32,000 bases of DNA from an uncultured archaeon (GTDB taxonomy: Archaea > Iainarchaeota > Iainarchaeia > Iainarchaeales > CSSED10-239). The notes under the pieces are model-generated. The model worked only from the letters and a program-made list of their open reading frames with translations. It did not search any database and was not told the DNA's origin. This document shows, one piece after another, positions 9,919-19,300 of this stretch (position 1 is its first letter; every line of letters begins with the position of its first letter). Both the position numbers and the translations under genes were made by a program. The stretch lies in assembly GCA_964586355.1 (NCBI GenBank), contig CAZPGO010000030.1:1-32000 (forward strand). The letters run 5' to 3'.

Positions 9919-10104
9919 ATTTAAACCCTCTTTTATTTTTTAATTAATTTTATTAAAATAAACATATATAAGTAACATCGAATCATATATATATGTTACG
10001 ATTCTAAAAACAAACCAAAAATCTTGAAAATGATTAAAAAAACAAACTGAAATTAGAAAGGTTTATATATGATTTTTTGAAAAAATAAAAAAAATAAAAA
10101 AAAC

Positions 10105-11418
10105 CTAAATAATTACTCTTCCATTATCAATAACAAAATGCTTTTTTGAAATAACTTTTATCATTTTTCCATTTCTAGAAACATAACTAATTACATTTTT
10201 ATTAGAGTCCACAGAAACCACTTGTCCAATCCACACACCATATCTTGAAACTACTGGAAGACCAATTAATAGATCTGTAATGTCAGAAGTAATATCAAAG
10301 ATACTAGTTATTCTATTTAACAAAAACAAGAAAATTGTAGAAACAACTAAAGTTATGAAAAACACATTAAAATCTACTAGATTAATTATTAACTGTAAGG
10401 CAAGATCAAAAATTGCAGAAAAAACAAATATTGAAATTAATAAAAATATAGATTTTCCAAGTTTATAAACCTCTTTAGAATAAAAGAGATCAATAATATC
10501 TCCAACCACAAAGGCCACAAAAGATAAAACCAAATATAACAATATTGCTCTTAAGACATAGATTAATCTAAACCAAAATAAAAACTCAGGATTTGATATA
10601 AAAAGATTAATACCAGTAAAAACTGTGAAAAATAATAAAAACAAACCACCTAAATAAAAAGGAAAACTTATTCTTGTAAGAGAAAGCTTGTTTAAAAGAT
10701 TATTAAAAAATTTTATTATCTTAGGCTCTAAATTAAAACCCTTAATTAAGAAAAACAAACCCAAAACTAAAGCAACAATATTAAAAGCAAACATACCAAA
10801 AAAGAAAAATAACAACAAAATAATTGCAGGCACTCCAAAAATGATTTTAGAAAATGCAGGATCCTTTATTGCTTTTTTTATAAAATAAAAAGTGTTTTCA
10901 ATACTCTTCTCTTGGCGAACAATTATGGTGTCCTTAGAAATAATAGGTGCAAAGTTTTGAACAATTGGAATAACTTGATCATCCTCAGCCCCGTCACTCA
11001 CAAAAACAACACCACCAGCAGGAAATTCATTAAAAACATCTTTTAATTGAATTGCTATGTTCTTATCAGCAAAAAATAAATTTTCTTTAGAATGCCCTGT
11101 TAATGTTGCAACTTCAACATTATAATCTTTTTTTAAATCATTATACTTTTTTAAAGCACCAAAAATTGCATTAGCATCAGACTCTTCAGGATCTAACAAT
11201 AATAGATCTGATGCAAGCTTTAAATTTTTCTCATAACCTATAATAGGTCCAGAGACTTTTAGTAATTTTCCAATATCATTATCTCTATCAACATTTAAAA
11301 TTAAAATTCTTTCTTGATTTTCAGCAGTATTAATATCTTTTAAATTACTGGCAGTAACAGATATCTCATTAATTGAATTTTTCTTTTTCTTTTTTACTGC
11401 CATATTGTTTATCACCAA
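10105..11418 (-). CDS. Polytopic membrane protein, DUF373-like
   Basis: The soluble N-terminal domain starts ILILNVDRDNDIGK (compare DUF373 CvDRDDDlG). It is followed by about 6 hydrophobic helices and a beta-rich ~50-aa tail. The start may be the Met at 11403. Confidence 0.55.
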   Translation of the reverse strand: MVINNMAVKKKKKNSINEISVTASNLKDINTAENQERILILNVDRDNDIGKLLKVSGPIIGYEKNLKLASDLLLLDPEESDANAIFGALKKYNDLKKDYNVEVATLTGHSKENLFFADKNIAIQLKDVFNEFPAGGVVFVSDGAEDDQVIPIVQNFAPIISKDTIIVRQEKSIENTFYFIKKAIKDPAFSKIIFGVPAIILLLFFFFGMFAFNIVALVLGLFFLIKGFNLEPKIIKFFNNLLNKLSLTRISFPFYLGGLFLLFFTVFTGINLFISNPEFLFWFRLIYVLRAILLYLVLSFVAFVVGDIIDLFYSKEVYKLGKSIFLLISIFVFSAIFDLALQLIINLVDFNVFFITLVVSTIFLFLLNRITSIFDITSDITDLLIGLPVVSRYGVWIGQVVSVDSNKNVISYVSRNGKMIKVISKKHFVIDNGRVII

Positions 11419-11550
11419 AATTATAATAAATACAAGTATTTATATAAATAACCAAAAGATATATAATATATTAATAATAGAAAAAATTAATAAAGTAACC
11501 ACCTATTATTTATTTATATAAAGTTAAAAAGTAAACTAAGGATATTAAAA

Positions 11551-12525
11551 ATGAACGAACAAAAAACCAAAAACCTATTTTTTTCAATGCTGTTTTTTAT
11601 ATTAATTATTGTAATTACTATTTTTTTTATAAGTGATGAAAAAATACAACTAGCAATAATAATCTTAATATCAGCAATCATACTAATTTATTTAGCATTT
11701 AAATTTAATATAATTTTACAACTCTCAGATTATGAAAGAGCCTTGATCTTTAGATTTGGAAAAGTAAATAGAGTTGGAGGTCCTGGCTGGACCTTTGTTT
11801 TACCATTTATAGAAAAACCAATAATTACAACTCTAAGAACACAAGTAATAGATATACCCCCTCAACAAGTAATAACAAAGGATAATATTAGACTAAGTAT
11901 TGATGCTATACTTTATTTGTCTGTGGAAAACAGCAAAGAAGGAGTAACAAACTCAATAGTAAAAGTAGAAGATTACAAAAAAGCATCCTCTCTTTATGTT
12001 ATTGCTATGCTTAGAGATGTTTTAGGTGATTTTTTATTAACAGAAGTAATAAGTAATACCGAAAGAATTAATAAAAGACTAACAGAAGAACTAAAAAGTG
12101 TTGCAAAAGATTGGGGTATAAAAATCTCAGCAGTAGAGATAAGAGATCTAAAAATCCCAGAAGAAATCATAGAATCAATGCATAAACAAAAAGCAGCAGT
12201 TCAAAAAAAACTAGCAATCTATGAAGAAGCAGAATCAGAGAAGGCAAAAATTGTTGCAATAAATGATGCTACTAATAACCTTTCAGATAAAACGGTTCTT
12301 TATTATTACATAAAAGCACTAGAAAAAATAGGAGAAGGACAATCCTCAAAAATCATATTTCCTTTAGAAGTAACTAACCTTCTAAATAAAGTCTCTAAAA
12401 AAATGAGTACAGAAAAAACAAAAATAAATAAAACAGAAATGAATCAGTTAGAAAAATATTTGCCAGTTGTAAAAAATTTTTTAAAAAAAGAAACTATGCA
12501 AAAAAAGACAAAAAAGAAGAAATAA
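11551..12525 (+). CDS. SPFH/band-7 (stomatin/prohibitin-like) membrane protein
   Basis: Two N-terminal TM segments. These are followed by YERALIFRFGKV...GPGWTFVLPFIEK...VITKDNIRLSIDAILY and a coiled-coil tail, which is the classic SPFH domain. Confidence 0.85.
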   Translation: MNEQKTKNLFFSMLFFILIIVITIFFISDEKIQLAIIILISAIILIYLAFKFNIILQLSDYERALIFRFGKVNRVGGPGWTFVLPFIEKPIITTLRTQVIDIPPQQVITKDNIRLSIDAILYLSVENSKEGVTNSIVKVEDYKKASSLYVIAMLRDVLGDFLLTEVISNTERINKRLTEELKSVAKDWGIKISAVEIRDLKIPEEIIESMHKQKAAVQKKLAIYEEAESEKAKIVAINDATNNLSDKTVLYYYIKALEKIGEGQSSKIIFPLEVTNLLNKVSKKMSTEKTKINKTEMNQLEKYLPVVKNFLKKETMQKKTKKKK

Positions 12526-13099
12526 ACAGATCTAATTTTTTAAAATTATTTTCTAACTTTTGATTTGCAATTTCAACAAGTAAAGACAAATAATTATCAG
12601 AAACTAAAATCTCACCATCCTTTGCAAGCACAGTAGATAAATAAACTGTATTTGTAACCTCACAAGTAAATTTTCCCTCCTTTGCACTAATTATTCCAGC
12701 TTTTTTTAAACCAAAAGATCTGCAAAAATCCAAAAGAGCTTTAGCTGAAGAATAATCTTTTAGACCAAAATGAAAAATAAATGGTTCAGCTTTTAACCAA
12801 ACAACACCTGTGCTTGGTAAATTTGTTAATTGTTCTTTGATCTCTTTTAAAGTAACCTTTTCATGAAACTTTTTTAAAAAAGAAGAATTTTTTTTATTTT
12901 CATTCTCGTCTCCAATTAGAAGCATTATTCGTCCACTACAACTACTTGAAGTAAACATTGTTGGAATTTCAGTAATCTTTTCTAAAAAAGAAATAATTGG
13001 TTTATCAACCAAACCATTAGAAATGGCATCATTAAGTGTTTGCGTGTGGTGCTTTTTTAGCATCTCAAATCTAGCATCAATCATTTTGTTATCAGTCAT
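12494..13099 (-). CDS. taw3: tRNA wybutosine-synthesizing protein 3 homolog (Taw3/TYW3 methyltransferase)
   Basis: The FTSSSCSGRIMLL motif (TYW3 S-S-C-S-G-R-I signature) and 201 aa size. The gene converges on, and overlaps, the SPFH gene by 32 nt. Confidence 0.8.
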   Translation of the reverse strand: MTDNKMIDARFEMLKKHHTQTLNDAISNGLVDKPIISFLEKITEIPTMFTSSSCSGRIMLLIGDENENKKNSSFLKKFHEKVTLKEIKEQLTNLPSTGVVWLKAEPFIFHFGLKDYSSAKALLDFCRSFGLKKAGIISAKEGKFTCEVTNTVYLSTVLAKDGEILVSDNYLSLLVEIANQKLENNFKKLDLFISSFLSFFA

Positions 13100-13205
13100 A
13101 AATTTTTCCTGTTTTTTATTTTTTTTAAAAACAACAACTCTTTTTAATATAATTAGGTACTATAATATATATTATAAAAGAAAAATATAAAAGGACGCTG
13201 GAAAA

Positions 13206-14051
13206 ATGGATTCTAAAATAAAAATACTAATTATGTTTTTTGTAATAATATTAGCACTACCAAAAATATATTCACTAAAATTACTAGAACCAATCTATAC
13301 AGAAATAACTGGCTCAGAAATAGATATTGGAGTAGTTGCACCAGGCGAATTTTTTTTAATAAGCTTTTTACAAGATCAGGAAAATAAATTCACAGAAATT
13401 AGAGTTGCAGAAGAATCAAGAAACATAGCAAGTACAGAACTAACTCAATTTACTCCAGAAAGTATATTTACCACCATAAAAATTTCAAAAGAAATTAGTG
13501 GAAATCAAATATTAACACTAGAACTTATTTCAGAAAAAGAAACAAAAAAAATAAATCTTAATGTAAATGTAACAAACGATGTTATAAGTATAGTAACCCA
13601 AAACTATGAAACACTTAGTGAATATGGAAAACTTAAAGAAATAACTATTACAGTAATAAACAAATCAGTAACTACAAAACAAGTAACCCTAACCTCAAAC
13701 CTTCCAAAAAACTGGTTTGCTTATGAAAATGAAGTTATAGAACAAGATATAATTAGAACAGTACAACCAGTAAGCAAAACAGATATCAAATATAAATTTG
13801 TCCCTAAAGGTGTTGGAGACAAAGAATTTAGAATCTTTTTATATACAAAAAACGCACCAAAAGAAAACTATCTAAGATCCATTGAAAACATATTTGATGA
13901 TTTTAAAAGATCAGAAATAGATATTAAAATAAATATAATAAAAGATGTAAAAGCAATTTATAGTGCAAACCAATACTACTTTCCACTATATGGATTAAAT
14001 TCCTTACCTATTTATTTTTTTAATAATATTGTAAGAATACTAGATAAATAG
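13206..14051 (+). CDS. Secreted/surface protein with beta-sandwich-like (CARDB/COG1361-type) repeats
   Basis: N-terminal signal-like segment (KILIMFFVIILALPKIYS). Segments such as ITITVINKSVTTKQVTLTSNLP are typical of archaeal surface adhesin-like folds. No catalytic motifs were seen. Confidence 0.5.
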   Translation: MDSKIKILIMFFVIILALPKIYSLKLLEPIYTEITGSEIDIGVVAPGEFFLISFLQDQENKFTEIRVAEESRNIASTELTQFTPESIFTTIKISKEISGNQILTLELISEKETKKINLNVNVTNDVISIVTQNYETLSEYGKLKEITITVINKSVTTKQVTLTSNLPKNWFAYENEVIEQDIIRTVQPVSKTDIKYKFVPKGVGDKEFRIFLYTKNAPKENYLRSIENIFDDFKRSEIDIKINIIKDVKAIYSANQYYFPLYGLNSLPIYFFNNIVRILDK

Positions 14052-14059
14052 AACAAAAC

Positions 14060-15613
14060 ATGAATACACAGAAAAAAAAAATACAAGAATTCTTTAAAGA
14101 TATAAATAAACAAATAACAAAAGAAGAATTTGAGAAAAAGAAAGTAGAATTTGCAAGAATAAATAAACAAAAACAACTTTTATTAACCTCAGAAATACTA
14201 GAAGCACTTAATATTAAAACACCACCCTCCTTTTTAGTAACAAAACCAACCAAAACACTATCAGGAGTAACTGTTGTTGCAGTAATGACAAAACCTGGGA
14301 AGTGTCCAGGAAAATGCATCTATTGTCCAAACTCAGAAATAGCACCAAGAAGCTACACCGGTTTTGAACCTGCTGCAATGAGAGCAAAAAGAAATAATTT
14401 TGATCCCTATAAACAAATTAAAGACAGATTACATCAGTTTGAAGCAACAGGCCACCCAACAAACAAAATTGAACTAATTGTTATGGGCGGCACTTTTCCT
14501 GCAATGCCTTACAGCTACCAAAAAAACTTTATGATAAAAGTATATCAAGCAATAACAGACTCAAAATATAAAGATCTAAAACAACTTAAAAAAATAGCAA
14601 GTAAATCAAAAAGAAGAATTGTTGGATTAACCTTTGAGACCAGACCAGACTATTGTAGTAAAGAAATTATAAAAAGATTACTAGAATTTGGAGGAACAAG
14701 AGTAGAAATCGGAGTTCAAATCTTAAATGACGATATTTTAGATTATGTAAATAGAGGCCACAGAATAGACGCGGTTGTAAATGCAACAAAAGATCTAAAA
14801 GAGGCAGGGTTTAAGGTGCTTTATCATTTTATGTTAGCATTACCAAAAAGCACCACAAAAAAAGACCTAGACTCATTTAAATTGGCATTTAGTGATGAAA
14901 GATTCTGTCCAGATATGATTAAAATTTATCCTTGTTTAGTAACAAAAGGCACAAAAATAGAAAAAATGCTATATGATGGAGAATATAAACCATATGATCT
15001 AAAAACAACCATAAAACTAATAGCAGATGTCAAAGAATTTGTTCCTAAATGGGTAAGAATAATGAGAATACAAAGAGACATACCAGCAACAAAAATAATA
15101 GCAGGAATACAAAAAAGCAACTTAAGACAATTAGTTCAAGAAGAATTAAAAAAAAGAAATAAAAAATGTCAATGTATAAGATGCTCAGAACCTATGGGCG
15201 CATTAAAAGATGTTACTAACTATGAGATAAAAACCATAGAATATAATGCACAAAAAGGAAAAGAATATTTTATTTATGCAGAAAAAGAGGGCTATTTATT
15301 AGGATTTATAAGACTTAGAATACCAGAAACACAATATATAAAAGAAATAACAAAAACAACAACAATAGTAAGAGAATTACATGTATATGGACAAACAACT
15401 AACTTTGAAGATCACAATATTCAACATATTGGAATAGGAAAAGAACTTTTAAAAAAAACAGAAGAAATTTCAAAAAAACAAAAATATACAAAAGTAGCTA
15501 TTATTAGTGGAGTTGGAGTAAGAGAATACTATAAGAAACAAGGATATAGATTACAAGGCCCATATATGGTAAAAAACATAAAAGAGAGAAAAAATGGCAG
15601 AAAACAAAGATAA
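14060..15613 (+). CDS. elp3: Elp3-type radical SAM + GNAT tRNA U34 modification enzyme
   Basis: Radical-SAM cluster motif CPGKCIYCP and TFETRPDY. The C-terminal GNAT segment is HIGIGKELL...GVGVREYYKKQGY. 517 aa. Confidence 0.9.
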   Translation: MNTQKKKIQEFFKDINKQITKEEFEKKKVEFARINKQKQLLLTSEILEALNIKTPPSFLVTKPTKTLSGVTVVAVMTKPGKCPGKCIYCPNSEIAPRSYTGFEPAAMRAKRNNFDPYKQIKDRLHQFEATGHPTNKIELIVMGGTFPAMPYSYQKNFMIKVYQAITDSKYKDLKQLKKIASKSKRRIVGLTFETRPDYCSKEIIKRLLEFGGTRVEIGVQILNDDILDYVNRGHRIDAVVNATKDLKEAGFKVLYHFMLALPKSTTKKDLDSFKLAFSDERFCPDMIKIYPCLVTKGTKIEKMLYDGEYKPYDLKTTIKLIADVKEFVPKWVRIMRIQRDIPATKIIAGIQKSNLRQLVQEELKKRNKKCQCIRCSEPMGALKDVTNYEIKTIEYNAQKGKEYFIYAEKEGYLLGFIRLRIPETQYIKEITKTTTIVRELHVYGQTTNFEDHNIQHIGIGKELLKKTEEISKKQKYTKVAIISGVGVREYYKKQGYRLQGPYMVKNIKERKNGRKQR

Positions 15614-15914
15614 ATTTATAAAAATTTTATCAGAAGAACCTGGACTTTATGATGTTATTAACTCAAAACAACACCTCTATATTTTAGAAGTTTTAAAAAA
15701 AGAGAGCCAAGATTTACAACATATTAAAAAAGACATACCAAAAGATATAAATATCAATAAAGATATTATATTATATAATATATTAGATACTTTAACACAA
15801 AAAAACCTTATAAAAAAAATACAAGTTAATAATTCAGAGATTTACTACATAACAGACAAAGGAAAACTGTTATTTGATTTATACACCTCAGCAAAAAAAG
15901 AATATAATATTTAA
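15594..15914 (+). CDS. Small winged-helix (wHTH) protein
   Basis: 106 aa. LYILEVLKKESQDLQHIKKDI...ILDTLTQKNLIKKIQVNNSEIYYITDKGKLL has an ArsR/MarR-like HTH plus wing pattern. The ATG overlaps the elp3 end by 20 nt. Confidence 0.5.
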   Translation: MAENKDKFIKILSEEPGLYDVINSKQHLYILEVLKKESQDLQHIKKDIPKDININKDIILYNILDTLTQKNLIKKIQVNNSEIYYITDKGKLLFDLYTSAKKEYNI

Positions 15915-15935
15915 AAGAAAAATGGTGATTTTAAA

Positions 15936-16286
15936 ATGAAAGCATTTTTAGGAATACTTAGCACAGGAAAAGGAACTTGGGGCCAAGTTGCACATATTAT
16001 TGATAATGTTGATTACGATAAAGTTTATTTAATTTCAAATGAATGGGCACAAGATAAATTTAATTGTACTAAACCGATTAATTGGATAATAATAGATCCA
16101 AGAAAAGGGCTTAGTGAGATCATGACAGATCTAGAAAACCAATGGCCAGAAGATGCAAAAGACATAGATTTAAACATACATTCTGGAAGTGGAAAAGAAC
16201 ATAGTGCAATCTTAGCATTACTTACACAAAAAAAAATAAAATTTAATATCATCACAATAAATGCACAAGGCATAGTAAAATATTAA
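15936..16286 (+). CDS. Small alpha/beta (Rossmann-like) protein of unknown function
   Basis: 116 aa with alternating hydrophobic strands (FLGILSTGKGTWG, KVYLIS, WIIID, DLNIHSGSGKEHSAILALL). No assignable family. Confidence 0.5.
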   Translation: MKAFLGILSTGKGTWGQVAHIIDNVDYDKVYLISNEWAQDKFNCTKPINWIIIDPRKGLSEIMTDLENQWPEDAKDIDLNIHSGSGKEHSAILALLTQKKIKFNIITINAQGIVKY

Positions 16287-16309
16287 AAACTTTTTTTGGG
16301 GGGTTTTAA

Positions 16310-19300
16310 ATCAGAAAAAAAGAAACCAAAGTAATTTGGTTTTTCATAATTCTGTTTCTTTTTAGTTTTATATTTCTCTCTGGCTGTTTAGATAAACTAA
16401 ATGCTTTTGAAAAAGAAGTGTGTAAAAAAGTAACACATTTTTCATCAACCCAAATACCCTCTTGTCAAACACAAAACAGCTGTTATGAAAAAGTTGATGG
16501 GGTTATTAAAACACATGAGCTTTTACCAAAACATATAAATAATCAAATAAACCACTATAAAAATTATGTTGGGTCTAGTATATACTATTTTAATGAAAGC
16601 AAAAAAGATGTAGATAAAATACACTCCTTTTGCTCAGACTTTATAGATCCAAGCGTAATATTTAATGTTAATGATTTTTTCTTTAATATAAGAAACATCT
16701 TTTTCTACTTAGATCAAACCAATGTAAAAAGTATAGAACTGTTAACAGAATATGCAAGTTACTTACAAAATCAAGAAATAGAACTTATAACAGAAGAAGA
16801 TTTGTTTTTAGAGTATGCTTTGATTAATGAAAACATAAATGAAATAAAACAAGAAAGCAGTAATAACAACTATATAAACAATCTTAAAAAAAGCTCAAAA
16901 GAGGCAAACGAACTAGCAGAAAAATTTGGCTTTTCTGAGAGTTATTTATCTAGATTGAATTTCACTAATCTTATTTCATACTATCTTAAAATAAATGAAG
17001 AAGTACATCCAGAAAAAGAATTAGAAGTTCCTATTTTTTCAAACTCTATAGGGTTTATTGTATATAGAATAGCAAACTATGAGAATCTAAAAAGAATAAA
17101 TTTAAGATTAATAAATACAGACACATACAATCTATATTTATTTTTAGACAAAACCATAGGTTTTGAAAAATCAAACTTTGTAGAATTTAGTGAATTGCAT
17201 AATAGACTTATTGAAAATATAGAAAAAATCTCATTGAAAATAAACCAGCTAGAAAAAGAAATAGAAGAAAATTTAGAATATTTAAATTTAGAAAAAAAGA
17301 ATAACTACTTTCAATTAAAAGAAAAATACAGAACAGAAAAAATGGGTTTTGGAAGATATCTATATAACCTTAAAGAAATAAAAATAGAAATAGAAGAAAA
17401 CAAAGAAATAACAAAAACAAACAATTTAGAAAAAGCAAACAAAATAGAAAACTGCGACATAGAAATTAAAAAAATAGAAACCGAAAACTATTACTTGTTA
17501 GATCTTATTGAAAAATATAATTTAGAAAACAACTATTTAAAAAAAATAGAAATTTGCAATAATATTTTACTAAATTATGATGTTTCCGAGTGTATAAGCA
17601 AACTAAGAAAACTAAAAGAAGAAAATATTGATTATGATATAGATATAGAAAATATTACAGAAAAAAATTGTAAAGAAATAACATTTAACATAAATCTATT
17701 TTTAGAAAATAATGAAAAAATAAAATTATTTAATGAAATAATTTTAGAAATAGAAAAAACAATAACAGAAATAAAAAAATTTGAAGTAGACACCAAAACA
17801 GAACTTACTTTGATAAGATATACAACAGATATAAAAGAAGAAAAGAAAAAGGCCAATCACGAAAAAATAATAGAAATAGAAGAAAAAATAAAAGAATATG
17901 AAGAAAAAAAAGAAGATTTGAAAAAAATATTAAAAATAGAAATAGAAAAAGACTTTTTTAATAACGCAAAAATAAACTATATTGAAGAAGAATATTATTT
18001 GTGTTATTTTAATAAAACAAACTTTGCTTTTGAAAATGTTTGTTGTAATAATAAATATTCAAATATAGCATCAAAAACAAACACCCTAAAAATAACCACA
18101 ACAAACATCTGTGCAGACAAGATTTATTCAGCAAATAATTGTTACAAAATCAGTTATGAAAACCAAAAAGAAATAGAGACAAAAATCATAGAAATTACTC
18201 TTAATAAGAGTCTATTTGAAAGTGTGGTAAGTAACCAGGTGATTGGAATTCAAGACTCACTAAATCTTGGACAGATAGAATTAATTGATCGCCAAAACTA
18301 TTACTTTGATGACACCTTAGTACACTACCTAACAAAAGAACAAAACAAAATACTTTATTATAAAAAATTATTTGAATATTTTGTTGATAGAGAAATAATA
18401 GAAATATTAGAAGATATATTAATTATAAAAGAAGAATGGGTAATAAAAAACACTTCAGAACTAAATATTGATTCAGAAATAAAATTGTTTGAAATAGACC
18501 AAGAAGAGATAACTATTAAAGAAGAAGAGAGAAAAATAAATCACACAATCAAAAATAACTGGGTTTATATAACTGAAGAAATAAACAAAGATCAAGAAAA
18601 AAAATACACAATAAACAAACTAATTACTGTTGAGAAAGCAAAAGAAAGTGGCGAAGAAATAGTTTCAAATCTTTATCTTTTAAGAAACTCACAATTTTTA
18701 GAAATAAAAGAGCGGGCAGAAAAAATTGCTTTAGAAATTGATTTGGAAAATATTGTTGATGTTAATATTGAGAATCTTGAAAAAATAATAAACAAAAAAG
18801 AAGAAATAGAAAAATTAAAAGGAAAAGAAGAAAACTTTCTTGAAAGCTTAACCAATTATGAAATTTTAAAAACAGAGGTTAAAGAAAAACACCTAAATAA
18901 CACAGAAATAGAAGAAGAACTATCAAAACTAGATCAAGAAAAATATTTAGACCCAAATAAGATATTAAAAACATTAAATGAATTTATAATAGATTTTGAA
19001 GAAAAAACAGAATTAGAAAAAGAACAGAACTTTGAAGAAAATAATAAAAAAATCACAGAAATTAAAGAGAAACTAACAGAATTTGATTTACTAACCCTAG
19101 AAACAATATCAGAAATTAGTGAGTTAGACCTAACTAGTGATATTTCAAAAAATCTAGAAAACTTTAATAAAAAGATATCTAAAAAAGAAGAAGAACTAGC
19201 AAACAAAAATAAAGAACTTATCTTAGAATTTGAAAAAGAAATAGAAGATTATGAGCTTTATGAAACATTAGAAAAAGCAAGAATAGAATTTGAAGGAATA

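Noticed and set aside
9972-9999. The inverted repeat GTAACAT...ATGTTAC flanking an (AT)n stretch upstream of the PRC-barrel gene, as a possible operator or hairpin.
   Set aside because: It has only 7-bp arms in very AT-rich promoter DNA. The adjacent CGAATC/GATTC segments are not in hairpin-compatible order. It is not distinguishable from chance.
16291-16311. T7-G6-T4-A3 homopolymer stretch containing GGGTTTT and TTTAAAT as possible -1 frameshift slippery sites. These might join the 116-aa gene to the giant ORF.
   Set aside because: The upstream gene (frame 3) already terminates at TAA 16284-16286, before these sites. A -1 slip on TTTAAAT would also lead from frame 1 to frame 3, not into the giant ORF's frame 2. 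The G-run is better explained as a Shine-Dalgarno-like element.
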